Shown here one piece after another: positions 26,494-39,800 of a DNA stretch of 64,000 nucleotides; within the stretch, counting starts at the first letter, position 1, and the number at the start of each line of letters is the position of its first letter. The translations under genes and the position numbers were made by a program. The notes below the pieces were generated by a model. It made no database searches. It was not told the DNA's origin and worked only from the letters and a program-made list of their open reading frames with translations. This DNA comes from Epiperipatus broadwayi (taxonomy: Eukaryota > Animalia > Onychophora). The stretch is from contig JAQFVV010000001.1 of assembly GCA_028023455.1 (NCBI GenBank), positions 19,902,001 to 19,966,000 on the forward strand, given 5' to 3'.

Positions 26494-29059
26494 CTGTAAA
26501 CAGGAAAATTTTATGCTTTTGTTGAAAAACATAGCAAATTTAAAATTATATGTACAGCTTTCAAAATATTTTCTATACGTAATAGATTTCCTGAAGAACA
26601 TAAGCACAAATTACAATTAATGGCCATTCAATTTTTCACAAAGAATAGTTAAATAATGTGCTGGCAATCTCTTGTATAATATAATAATAAATTTTCATTC
26701 ATTCCATGGAAAATATAACTTAATGAAAATGTACACGAGCATAATATTATTTAAACAAAATGCAGGTTTCCTTATAGAGTAGATTTTTTTTCTTTAAATT
26801 AATTATTACAATAGGGATAATGATGAGACATATAATAGAGCAGATTCGTAATAAAATTAATTGCATAAAAAACTTGAATAAGAATTCACTAAGAAGCATT
26901 TACATTTGTTTTATAGCATATACAGTTATTCCAGTAATTTAGTAAAGACCATAGTTAAATGAAAATACTAGTAATAAATTTGAAATACATCTTCCATTAT
27001 TGTTTTAGAATATTAATTTTACAGTAAATGGTCATGTAATAATTTTCAAATAAAAATCTAAATCAATAATTTTAATTCCACAGACTTAGGAAATATTTTC
27101 CTATCTCTATGCTGAAATAAATATAAGACAAAAATTGTACAAGAAATATTTTCATTTAATCACTAAGATAACAATAAGTAATTAAAATGTCATTTCAAAA
27201 TTCAAATAAATAATTTATTAAATTTAATTTATCAATAAATAGATTCTGCTATCCAGAATTCAATGTTTTTTCACAGAAAAATGAACTTTTTTAAAGAAAA
27301 TCATTATTTAAAAATATGACAATATTAAAATAAATATATTTTAAATATACATTGCTGAACAATAAACATTTTTAAGTCTTTGAATGAACTTCTTTTCTTT
27401 TAAGCATCTTCTAATATTTAAGCCAATACATTATAAACTATTAAGAACTTTTAGGAAATACCAGTAAAACATAAAGGTTTTAACAGTCTTAATATTATTG
27501 CATAAAGAATACTGAATTTATAATACAATCTATTATAAATATAAAAAAAAAATCAATAAACGTTTTTACATAAGCATGATGAGCCATAGAAAATCCCCTC
27601 AAAGTACCAATTTTACATAAAAATAATTATTTAAACTACCTATCATGTTTAAAACAATGTACATTTCAGACTTCTTAGTAAACTTTAGCTTAGAACTTCA
27701 GTGCCTGGATAAAATTTACTTAATGATATTTTGCTTTAAAAAAAAAAAAAAAATTATTAAAAGTAATTAAAATGAGAATTATTAAAAATAATTAATTCTG
27801 CAATCAGATAATTCAAAATTAAAATAAGATTACAGTTAAAAGTAAAAAAGTAAGCAAGCATGTAAAAATATTTATCTTTTATTCTCCTCATCATGTGATT
27901 GATTTTGATGATTAAAAACTGGCATTTACATCACTACCTACTTGACACAATTCAATACAGTTCAAAAATTAATTGATCTCCTGGGAAACAAAGCTAAAAA
28001 TAAACTCATTTACATATCGTCTAAACTGTTTACTTAAAATGTTACATTTTAAGATATTTATTTATAAAATTAAAATATTATTACAATAAAAATAAAATAT
28101 TGTATAAACAGTAATTTACATTACTCTTTCTAACAATATTACACTATTTAATAAATGTGAAATTCTCCAGAGAATATTTTTTAACGACTTCATTAAATAA
28201 ATATTTAAAATGTTTTTTTAGTATGCAAACAAGGAAGTGAAGGATGAAATTTATAATCCAAGCACATCCACACACATTGTTTATTGTATTAATAAATTAT
28301 CTCTTTAGCTTTTTAATAAACTATTTTAAACTTATTTAACTGAATTAATCTTTATTAGAATTAGCACTAATAAAATATACTTTTATTAGCAACAGATATA
28401 AAGTTCTTTTATATAAGCAAGTAAATTAAATATTAATATTGAGCATTAGTGATTTAAACTTAGTTATTAACGTTTAATTTTAACATTCACTTTTAACACA
28501 CAAGGTGACTATTAAAATAGTTTTAGCTCTCAATAGCTCTTAACATTAATTCATTATTATACAGTGTGAAAATATCTGTAACTTAAGCAATTTGAAATTA
28601 TTTATAAATATAGATGGATTTAAAGACTACAGTAAAATTATAAAAATGCTTTTTAATAGAACTAAGACTTATAAAAGTTCTTAAAAATAACTAAAAGAAT
28701 AAATTAACATTGAAATATCAAACCCTGATAAATTGGCTTACAGTAACAATTAACATATTGAAAAATTTATGTATATATTGAAGCAGTTGGATCGAATTTC
28801 GATCCTAGCTTCATGATATCTCACCTGTAGCCCGCTTCAAACCCTAGTACTAACCGTGAATTTCCAAATGCAATGGGGCTTTATACGTTCAATACATGCT
28901 AGTTTCAATAAAAAACAGTATTATACAAACATGTGTTAAAACCAATTACTTTAATATTTAAACTAATCAATATCATTAATAAATTCATGATAAAATTATT
29001 CATGAAAACATATATATTATAACTGTATGGATTGTGCGTATGTATATATAAATATATAT

Positions 29060-30870
29060 TAAAGCAACCTCCTCAAAACAACAATAAAAAAAAACTACTA
29101 CTTATAATTTAAACTTTTAATCTACGGGAAACAACAAACACTAAGCATCGACAAATAAAATATTAACTAATATTTTATGATATTTTGTCCTCCTAAATTT
29201 CCCTTTCAGACAATGGTTGGTTTTCAGGCAAAGTGTCAACTATTATCAATAGCGAACTATTAATAACATTCAACACTTGACTACCAAATATATACCAATC
29301 AAATAAACACTATATTAATATTTTTTAAAGAAGAACGAAAATCCCTTAGGCACCAGCTAATTACATTAGAATTAGCATGTCCATCTGATCAGCATAATCC
29401 GGTGCCTGAAACGTCTGCTAGCTCAGTCGGTTCCAACCACCCACTAGAAACAAACAAAAGGTATCTTAAACGCCCACCTGTTCTAAACTGTTACTATTAT
29501 TTATAATATTAAAATAGTTTTCCCCCAAACCATTCAAAATAATACTTCGCTCCTTTTAAACTAATAATAACAACATTATACTGAATGCTAAACATTTATA
29601 GATTTAACTTGTCAAATCTTTTCTAAAATACTATTATTAATGATTGGATTTTTTTCCCTCCTACTCTTATTAAGAAAATAAATATTTATATTTACCTGCA
29701 CATATCAGAAATAAACATAAATATTTTAAGAAAAATAATTTAAATGTCTTACTTTATTTTAAAATAAATGCATCGTTTTATCTTATAATGAAACACACAT
29801 ACACTTCTTTTCTTTTTAAAGATTAAATTAAGCATTTTAATATATTACTTGAGCAAATAAATTATACATGTTACATCATATTTTATTATTTTTTTTTTTT
29901 AAGTTTAAAATAAAAAATCAAATCATACATATGTGCATGCAAAAAATAGTATTTCATAGAAGCTGCTTTTACTTATTTTATCATTGCAAATATTAATTAT
30001 TATTTTTGAAGTTTAAAGTTTTTTTTTTTTTATAAAGTTTAATTTAAAAAGTTCAAAGTATTTTTTAAATAAAGTCTATCTCTATTTTTAAAAGGAAATC
30101 GGAATGTTTAAATATCAAAGTCAAATAATTACCTAGGTTTTTAAATACGACAGAAACAGTATAATGGAATTATCTCTGAACTCATCGACGACCGGTAAAT
30201 GATTCCTTCGTGGATCCTGTGACTTGTTATGATTTTCGTGGCTGGTTTGGCATTCTCCCCACTCCACTGTCCATGTAGTCTATATAAACATGATTACCTT
30301 CCGAACTAATCGCAGATCTTAGATGTGTAGAGAGTGGCTTTTCGATCAACTGCAATTATGGTGGTTTTTAACAATGCAACATTTTTGGAAATATTACTTC
30401 AAAAATATTTTATTAAAATGAGAAAGTCAGAACCAAGAATGAAACAAAATTTGAGCTATTTATACAGTTTTAAACAATAGAAAACTTTATTTTTAGCAGC
30501 AGCATTCATCTTGTGAAAATAAAATCAGCTTCTAGCGTCTACTTTTTATTAAAAAATTGCATACACACACGCACATATATTTATTTATTTTATTATAAGA
30601 TAAAACAAAATCTATTTATTATTTTATTAAAATTCATTTAAAGAATATTAAATCATTTATTTATTACAAGACATTTTTCCTTCTTTTAAACAAAAAAATT
30701 TTTTTTATTTTAAACAGCTTATTATTTTAAACAGCATTTACAGTTTATTTTATCTAATACAACCCCCCCTACTCTTTAGTTTTTACATTTTATTCTCTTA
30801 ATATTAAATTTCTATATTTTTAAAACATGGGACTCATACAATTACTTTAATATCAATGTACTTTGGTACA
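29060..30870 (-). repeat. 3' LTR of the Gypsy element (1811 bp)
   Basis: Collinear near-identical match to 35009-36816, from TAAAGCAACC to TTTGGTACA. Confidence 0.93.
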
Positions 30871-30892
30871 TTATCTACGTCCCTCCTCTGAA
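30871..30892 (-). promoter_or_regulatory. Polypurine tract
   Basis: The minus strand reads CAGAGGAGGGACGTAGATAA immediately before the LTR start TGTACC. Confidence 0.7.
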
Positions 30893-31037
30893 ACTAAAAT
30901 ATCATTTTGAGCATTTTAGTTTTCTCAGAATTTAAACTTATAAACAATCTAATTTTATTTATTTCACATTTGTTTAACTGTATGTGTGTATTCTTATTTA
31001 TTTACTATAACCCCCATCCCATTATAAATTTATTTAT

Positions 31038-34000
31038 TTATTCTTTTTTTTTAAGTAATTGTAAAGATCGAGCATTGAACATTCCTTTTTTCTCTGACCC
31101 TTGAGCAATTTGAAATGCATTATTTCTATATACTTTTATGATCTTATAAGGCCCATCATATATTGGCTGAATTTTTTTATATATTCCTTTCTCCGGATGA
31201 CTTACTGGATTTAACCTTACCATAACATCATCTCCCAACCTAAACACATATCAAACCTTCCCTTGTCTCTTTTGCCTTATACTACCCATCTTTCTAAGCC
31301 TATAATGTGCTTTAACAACATCTTTTTTCCTGTAAAGATACTGCACTTTAACTGGTAAAATAGTTTTGAACAGATATGGAATATTCTTTCCTTGATGAAG
31401 TCTAATGGGCTCGAATCCTGTTGATTCATTCTTTGACCAATTTATCGTGTTAGCTATTCTCATTGCTGCCTTCACCCATCCACGATGATTATTCTGTAAA
31501 TACACATGAAATAAACATCCCAGTTCTCTCATTACTCGTTCACACAGGTTGGACTGTGGATTATGAAGTGAAATCAGTAAATGTCTTATCTTATGATACT
31601 CCATCCATCTTTTCCATTCATCAGACATAAAAAGTGTTCCGTGATCTGACATTATTTGTCTTGGGATTCCCACATCTCAAAAATGTTGATGTTCAAGGAC
31701 CCTTATAGTCTGTTTACCTGCGCCACCGAATAAATAGCCATAAACTTAGAAAAAACATCATAAGTCACAACCAGATATTTCTTTTGATTAAATTGAGGTA
31801 ATGGTCCATAAAAATCTATCGCTAATAAACTATTCGGCTGATATGCGTATATCGTCTCAAAGGTCCTGTATTTGACATATTAGGAGGTTTGGTTTTTGCA
31901 CACATTATACACCCCTCAATGACGTTTAAGACACTCCTATACATACTTGGCCAATAAAACCAATTATTTATCCATCCTTCCATTTAACTGCCCCATAATG
32001 TCCGTACTTTTCATGTATGTACTTAATCATCTGAATCCGCATAACTATTGGCAAAACAATTTGTATATCTTTACTATCTTTTACTTTATGCTGCAAAAGC
32101 CCATCTTTTAAACAATATTGTTTCCTATCTTTCCATAGAGTATTGTTTATAGGTCAACTCACAGATTGATGACACAAATAATATATTATTTGTTTACATT
32201 CTGCATCTTTTTCTTGTAACTCTCTTAACCTTTTCAAACCACACTCCATCTCTTCACCTTGACATATTTCTGCTGTTGATATATACGCATTATTACAATT
32301 TAAATGTCGTGTCTGGTGTTCTATCGGGTATCAAATTAAAGCATCTGCCACCATATTGTCTTGGCCTGGACAATACTGTATCCTATAATCAAACTCTTGC
32401 AATCACAAACTCCATCGAATCAATCTACTATTTGTGAGAAAACTATGAGAAACTCAAGGCTCCTGTGATCAGTGATCACTACCACCTGCAATCCTATCAA
32501 ATATTGCCTAAATTTTTTAAAAGCCCACATAATCACTAAAGCCTCTCTCTCAGTTACAGTATAATTTTTCTCTGGCCCATTTAATAAATGACTTACAAAG
32601 AAAAGCACCCCATACTTCCCATCATCTTGCATCTGAGATAACGTAGCCCCCAATTCGATTCCACTACTATCCATTTGTATTACAAATGGTTTATCAAAGT
32701 CTGGATATGTCAACATAACTTCTTTTAAGAAAAACGTTTTTACATTTTCAAAACTGCGATCTTGTTGCTCTTCCCATGCCCATTTTTTATCTTTCCTTAA
32801 TAACTGCAACAAAGGGCTCCATATCTAAGGAAAAAAATTTATAAAACCGATTGAAAAAATTACACAACCCAAGAAAAGACTTGAAGTCTTTCTTCTTTGT
32901 TGGCCTGGGAAAGTTTTGTATAGCTTGAATTTTCTCTGGATTTGGAGATATTCCTTGTTCACTAATTATGTGTCCCAAGAATTTAACTTCTGTGGTCATT
33001 AAATGGCTATTACCTAAATTTAATTTAATTCCTTTATTTTTACATTCATCAAATAACAATTTCAAATGTTTGAAATGTTCTTCCACACTTTCTGATGCTA
33101 AAATGATATCATCCACGTATATCGTAATCAAGCTTTTAGTTTTATTGGATAATATTTGATCAAGGCATTGCATTAATCCTGCTCCACTATTTTTCAAACT
33201 GAAAGAAATTCGATTAAAATTATACGCTCATCCATTATACCGGAAAGCAGTGTATTTCCGGTCCTCAGGATGCAGCTTGACCTGCCAATAACTGGCCATT
33301 AAATCAAAAGTTGAAAATATTTTTTTTATGAAACTTCATTAATAATTCACTTATAGGTGGTGGTGTATTTGTATCTAACACTGTGATTTTATTTAATTGC
33401 CTTGCATCTAAACACAAACGAAGAGACCCATTTTTTTTACTGTCATTAGCGGATTATTATATAGAAATGAGCGTTTAAAAATAATTCCCCATTTTAACAT
33501 ATTCTCTAGTTGTTCCTCGACTGCACTTCTATATTCATATGGTATAGGATATGTCGATGCTTGATATGGTTGATTCTCCATAAGTTTTATCCAATACTCA
33601 TATCCCCCTATTACTCCATGTACTTCTGAAAATACACTTCCATATGTAACCAACAATTCTTTCAACTGTTTTCCATCCTCATTTCCTAGTTCATCTTCCA
33701 ACACCTTTTCCTCTATTTCTATTCCTGCACTTTCTACATCATACTCTGCCTTAACATTTTTTATCTCACACACATTAAATGGAATTTCCATCTTATTAAT
33801 TTTTACCTGTCGTTTTTCATAATCTAACATGCACTCAACTTCACACATAAAATCCAATCCCAAGATAGCATCATGTATCAATCCCTCTAAAACCAACATA
33901 ACGTGATTATATATCTTCCCAGCTATACTCATACTTATCCAAACTTGTTCCGATGCTAGTTTGGCTCTTTTCTCATTTTCCAACATTACGTGTACATTCT

Positions 34001-34310
34001 TTAACGGCAAGGTTTTTAGTTTCAAATTACTCTGACTTATTTCATCGAAATTTTTTTTGGAAATCACTGATACCTGACTCCCTGAATCAAACAACATGTC
34101 TACAATTATTCCTTCTATTTTTACTTTGATTTTTGGGCACGAATAAGATGCCACCCTCAACTCTTCCTTCTCTTCATTCTGTGTCAAGTTTGCTACTTGC
34201 CCACACGTATTCTTGGCCTTCCTTTCTTTATTCCGATTTTCTACACATGTCCTAATTTTATCCATTGTCATAAGTATCTCTGCAGTCTGTTCTATAGTGT
34301 CCTTTACCAT
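31038..34310 (-). pseudogene. pol: Gypsy pol (protease, RT, RNase H, integrase), frameshifted
   Basis: Protease LFDSGSQVS and ILGLDF; RT IYVDDIIL; RNase H DSSG.ELGATL, EREAL, TDHRSL; integrase HHCC finger (~31900-32030), SDHG, N.CER and C-terminal DGPY. Split over at least six ORFs. Confidence 0.95.
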
Positions 34311-34324
34311 TATTATTTGTTGAA

Positions 34325-34739
34325 TATCCTCTGGAAAATCTCACCTCACTATTCTTAAAATTTGCTGCTCAGACAATTTATATTCTGTAACTATTCTCAG
34401 TTTTGCTACTTGTCTATGGAAAAACATGCACAATGTCTCCCCTATCCACCATTTAAATTGTTCTACCTGTCGTTTAACCACCTCCTGACACTCCCCCCTC
34501 CAATAACTGGACAGCAAGGCTCTTTTGTACTCCTCAAAACTCAATGGTTTTATTCCCATTGACTCCCACCAAAATTCAGCCTCATCTCGTATATAACTAA
34601 TAGCTATATTAACCTTAACTGTTTCATTAAATTCACTACAGGAAAAAAACCACTCCAAACTCTCTAAATGTCTATTCAGCATTTCACCTCTTTTCCCTAA
34701 AAAAATTCTTATCTTTATAACCCAGCTTACTGTTTTCAT
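34325..34739 (-). pseudogene. gag: Gypsy gag remnant
   Basis: KVNIAISYIRDEAEFWWESM...SFEEYKRALLSSYW is the typical Ty3/Gypsy capsid-like signature. It lies directly upstream of the protease; no CCHC knuckle seen. Confidence 0.8.
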
Positions 34740-34990
34740 TTCACCAACAATTTATTCAACTTCATCCAATGTAAAAAAATTTTTTTCCTCTATTTAAAAC
34801 GTAGGTGCAATCAATCCCCACCCTCTAAGTTCTAATTTTATGTCTCATATTCATCTATCTTCTTCATTCTGAGTGTTTTTTATTATCTTAAGATTATGCT
34901 TCCATGTTTTAACGTCCACAAAAATCACCTTTAATCATACACCAAAATTACAACTTCCATCAGTTCTTCCACTCGAAATATAGTTTCGTG

Positions 34991-35006
34991 CCACGTTGAT
35001 GCACCA
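34991..35006 (-). promoter_or_regulatory. Primer-binding site, tRNA-Gly-like
   Basis: Minus strand TGGTGCATCAACGTGG, 2 nt from the LTR. TGGTGCAT is complementary to the ...AUGCACCA 3' end of animal tRNA-Gly(GCC) as I recall it; the rest diverges. Confidence 0.55.
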
Positions 35007-35008
35007 AA

Positions 35009-36816
35009 TAAACCAACCTCCTCTGAATAACAATAAAAAAACACTACTATTTATAATTTAAACTTTTAAACTATGGGAAACAACAAACACTAAGCATCTA
35101 CAAATAAAATATTAACTAATATTTTATGATATTTTGTCCTCCTAAATTTCCCTTGCAGACAATGGTTGGTTTTCAGGCAAAGTGTCAACTATTATCAATA
35201 GCGAACTATTAATAACATTCAACACTTGACTACCAAATACATACTGATCAAATAAACACTTTATTATTGTTTTTTAAAGAAGAAAGAAAATCCCTTAGGT
35301 GCCAGCTAATTACATTAGAATTAGCATATCCATCTGATCAGCATAATCTGGTGCCTGAAACGTCCGATAGCTCAGTCGGTTCCAACCACCCACTAGTAAA
35401 CAAACAAAAGGTATCATAAATGCCTGCCTGTTCTAAACTGTTACTATTATTTATAAAATTAAAATAATTTTCCCCCGAACCATTCAAAATAATACTTCGC
35501 TCCTTTTAAACTAATAATAACAACATTATACTGAATGCTAAACATTTATAGATTTAACTTGGTGAATCTTTTCTAAAATACTATTATTAATGATTGGATT
35601 TTTTCCCTCCTACTCTTATTAAGAAAATAAATATTTATACTTACCCGCAAGTATCAGAAATAAACATAAATATTTTAAGAAAAATAATTTAAATGTCTTA
35701 CTTTATTTTAAAATAAATGCATCATTTTATCTTATAATAAAACACACATACACTTCTCTTTTTTTAAAGATTAAAATAAGCATTTTAATATATTACTTGA
35801 GCAAATAAATTATACACGTTACATCATATTTTATTATTATTATTTTTTTTAAGTTTAAAATCAAATCACACATATGTGCATGCAAAAATATTATTTCATA
35901 GAAGCTGCTTTTACTTATTTTATCATTGCAAATATTTTTTTTTGAAGTTTAAAGTTTATTCTTTTTTTTTTAAAGTTTAATTCAAAAAGTTCAAAGGTTT
36001 TTTTAAATAAAGTCTATCTCTATTTTTAAAAGGAAATCGGAATGTTTAAATATCAAAGTCAAATAATTACCTAGGTTTTTAAATATGACAGAAACAGTAT
36101 AATGGAATTATCTCTGAACTCATCGACAACCGATAAATGATTCCTTCGTGGATCCTGTGACTTGTTATGATTTTCATGGCCGGTTTGGTGTTCTCCACAC
36201 TCCGCTGTCCATGTAATCTATTTTAACATGATTACCTTCCGAACTAATCGCAGATCTTAGATGTGTACAGAGCGGCTTTTCGGTCAACTTCAAATACGTT
36301 GGTTTTTAACAATGCAACATTTTTGGAAATATTACTTCAAAAATATTTTATTAAAATGAGAAAGTCAGAACCAAGAATGAAACGAAATTTGAGCTATTTA
36401 TACAGTTTTAAACAATGAAAAACTTTATTTTTAGCAGCAGCGTTCGTCTTGTGAAAATAAAATCAGCTTCTAGCGTCTACTTTTTATTAAAAATTGCATA
36501 CACACATGCACATATATTTATTTATTTTACTATAAGATAAAACGAAATATATTTATTATTTTATTAAAAATTCATTTAAAGAATATTAAATCATTTATTT
36601 ATTACAAGACTTTTTCCTTCTTTTAAACAAAAAAAAATCTTTTATTTTAAACAGCTTATTATTTTAAATAGTGTTTACAGTTTACTTTATCTAATACAAA
36701 CTTCCCCTCCTCTCCTAGTCTTCAGTTTTTACATTTTATTCTCTTAATATTAAATTTTTATATTTTTAAAACATGGGACTCATACAATTACTTTAATATC
36801 AATGTACTTTGGTACA
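35009..36816 (-). repeat. 5' LTR of the Gypsy element (1808 bp)
   Basis: Matches 29060-30870 along its length, with scattered substitutions and small indels. Confidence 0.93.
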
Positions 36817-39800
36817 ATATATTTGTTATAAAGTTTCATTGTGTCAGAATGTTTTATTTTACTTATACCAATTTGTTCAAATTTCTCTGATTAAAAGCTA
36901 CATTCTTTCGATATGCTTTCAGATTGCCCACCCCCAAAGACAATGGGAAAAGTTTTCTTAATTAGCAAAAAGATAATAATTAAAATGTAAGGATGGTTCC
37001 TAACTGAAATCATTTTTCTGATTTACAAATTCATTTTCTAATTAGAAAATGAATCCAAAGTTAATGAGTTTGAAAGCCTTATCGAGAGAATGTATCTAAA
37101 ATCAATTAGCAAAATTTGTAACATTGATAATGCAAGAAGCTTTAGCTTGAAGGTATCAAGAGTCAGTATAGGTGTGAAACCAGAGAAAAGGTGTAAATAG
37201 CCTGGAAAAATTTTGAGAGGAGAAGCCATACTTGTTTAAGAAAACTTGCTGCTAGAAGCTACATGCATTTTAAATTATAAATCTTTATAGTGTCTCCATC
37301 ATGATGAGGGGGTGACTTCAGGAATCTGATTCCTGGGCCTGACGTCCTCAGAAGATCTTTAATGTAGCTGCAAAATTAAACTTTTTCCACACCAATTGTG
37401 CTGCCAAAACCTGAAAGAATCAATCCGAATGCCATTCACCTAAGTTAAAAATGTGCACCTATGTTTCAACCCAATCAGACTCTGCCGTGTAAACTAAGGA
37501 ACCAACCACGAATGAACAGTAATATCTTTCTTTAAATGAACCGCAACTTTCTGGCCAATTTCCACACTTTATTTTACACCACCTTTTAAAATTAATTACT
37601 GTTAAATTTCCTTCTTGTTTTATAATGCTTTTATTTGTATAAGTAATCCTCTATCTCTATCTCTAGTCTTTAAATTTAATATTTAACTTTTCTTTCTTAC
37701 AATGGCGGTTCGTTTCACTAATCGTATTATATTTAATGAATGATTATTAATATCATTTATTTTTGATTATAAGCCAGTAATACTTCAACTTAATAATAAT
37801 CTATTTCATTACATTTACCTCATGAAAATAATAGAGTATTAAGTTATAGTAATTCTTTCCCGCTAGAACTAATTTAATACAGTTCTATTAATTATAGAGT
37901 TGAAGAATTTATTAAATATTTGCTATTTGACTAATGGCTGATAATAACCATTAGCCATTTCTAACCTATGCTCCTGGCTATTTTCTTGAGTTTCACCAAT
38001 ATTTATTTGTTCATATTAATAATGTTAAAATATTTTGCAAAAAGGTCGATAAAGGAATTAATGTCAATATATTTTTATTTAAACTTTATAATTTATATTA
38101 GTATTCAAAGAGGGCATGATATTTATGGTATAATTAGCATAAGTTTTATAATTGCATAAAGTACTTTTAGATAAAGCTTGTTTGACTTTAATTCAACATG
38201 ATCAGATCATTACGTAAAGCATTCCTTATATAAATTGGGTTTCATTATTTAAACACGGTGATTATTAAGTCATCATTTTCTGAACATTGCTACGCAATAT
38301 CTCCTGCCTTGTAGGCTTGTCCTTGGTAATATTATTACTTTAATTACCTAGGAAGAAACCACTTCCTCACTTGCTTGTTTATATTGGAACACCAAAGGTT
38401 CGCAGCTATGACCTGGCCTGGCTTTCCCTGTGTTCCATGGATCCTTCATAGGGCATCAAAGACTTGTCAAATACAAGCCACCCTTCTATTTTCTCAAATC
38501 ACCGACAAGCCATTATTTTTGTATTTATTGTTAAAGCTTTTAAATCATCAGCACCATTATTTCTCGGTTCAAATAAAGTCCCACTCTCATGCTTGTAAAT
38601 CGTAATGAATTGATTTTATTACAGTCAAATAATCTCATATTCATTATAATTAAATAAATTCTTTGTTAAATATTAAAGTTATGCCCTAAATATTTATCAT
38701 GTGTTTTGTGAGTTGATTTACAAATGTGAAAGTGAATCTCACATTCTTTTAAAATTAGAATAATAATTTCTGTCAAAGCCAAATACCTGTATTGGCCTTA
38801 ATTTACTTGTTGGAACATAGACACATATAATCCTCCTATAATATTGTGTAATAGTTATTGGCATATGATAATGACTGCCATTCTTATTGTAAATTCCATT
38901 TTAAAGACTGGAGGTAATATATATAATATTAATTGCCAATAAGTTGAACAAAATATTTATTCTTATTAAACATTTTATAACACATTTGGTTTTTAACTTT
39001 CTTTATTATTCAATAATTATTTTAATATTAATACTCGCTGTCTGTATTGGCAACCCAAACATACATATATGAACTGATTTATAAATATCCTTAGTTATTT
39101 TATTATGTGTTATTAGAGTCAGATCAGGGTTGTTAAATCATCATCTTCTGTTGAGCTAGTTTCTTGGTGCATAGTCATGTACCATCGAATATGTCATCCA
39201 TTGAGTGATCTGAACTCATGAGTTGGGTTTGAATTCAGTTTTGGTCTGGGGTTGAATCCCTTTGGTTCAACTGAGTTTGAATCTGACTTCACAGATGGGT
39301 CATCTTGTTGGGTGGTATTTTTTGACTGGTACAATATATATATATATATATAATTAAACAATTAGATGAGTGGAAATTCAGCTTTACTGACAAAGCTAAA
39401 AGTTACAATATATATTGTGCAATATTTAGGAGTGGAATTTTGGAACAGAATTTACCTCAATCACTAAACGGTGGCTACCTAACAATTTAGCTTAACTTTT
39501 CAAAATAGCAATACAATCAATAAGAAAAAATATATCACATGAATAGCATCCACTACTGTATTATTACAAGCCAATGTTAATATTTAAATTCAGTCTCAAG
39601 GTTTATTCAGCATTTTTATATATTATATGCAAATAAATTTCTAATTACTAACAATAACAGAATATGAGTGGGTAGCATAAAATTATGAGTATCAAAGTAA
39701 GATTTACCTATATATTATTACTAATAATCTTCAGATAATATAAGACTCTTAAATATCAATATAATATAATTTTACAAGTTATGATTGAATACAAATGGAA

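Larger units (their letters stand above)
29060..36816 (-). mobile_element. Full-length decayed Ty3/Gypsy LTR retrotransposon
   Basis: Two ~1.8-kb direct LTRs, PBS, PPT, and gag then PR-RT-RNaseH-integrase order. Probable 4-bp TSD ATAT (29056-29059 / 36817-36820). Confidence 0.96.

Noticed and set aside
28845-28856. CGGTTAGTACT (minus strand), resembling 5S rRNA
   Set aside because: Only ~11 nt match and the flanks do not resemble 5S.
37038-37460. Minus-strand acceptor-like sites and ORFs (YIKDLLRTSGPG..., MASPLKIF...)
   Set aside because: No recognisable homology and no compatible partner exon.
38340-38600. GC-richer stretch with a near-open minus frame (…GWLVFDKSLMPYEG…)
   Set aside because: In-frame stops, and only a faint likeness to a piggyBac DES.VPY motif; not assignable.
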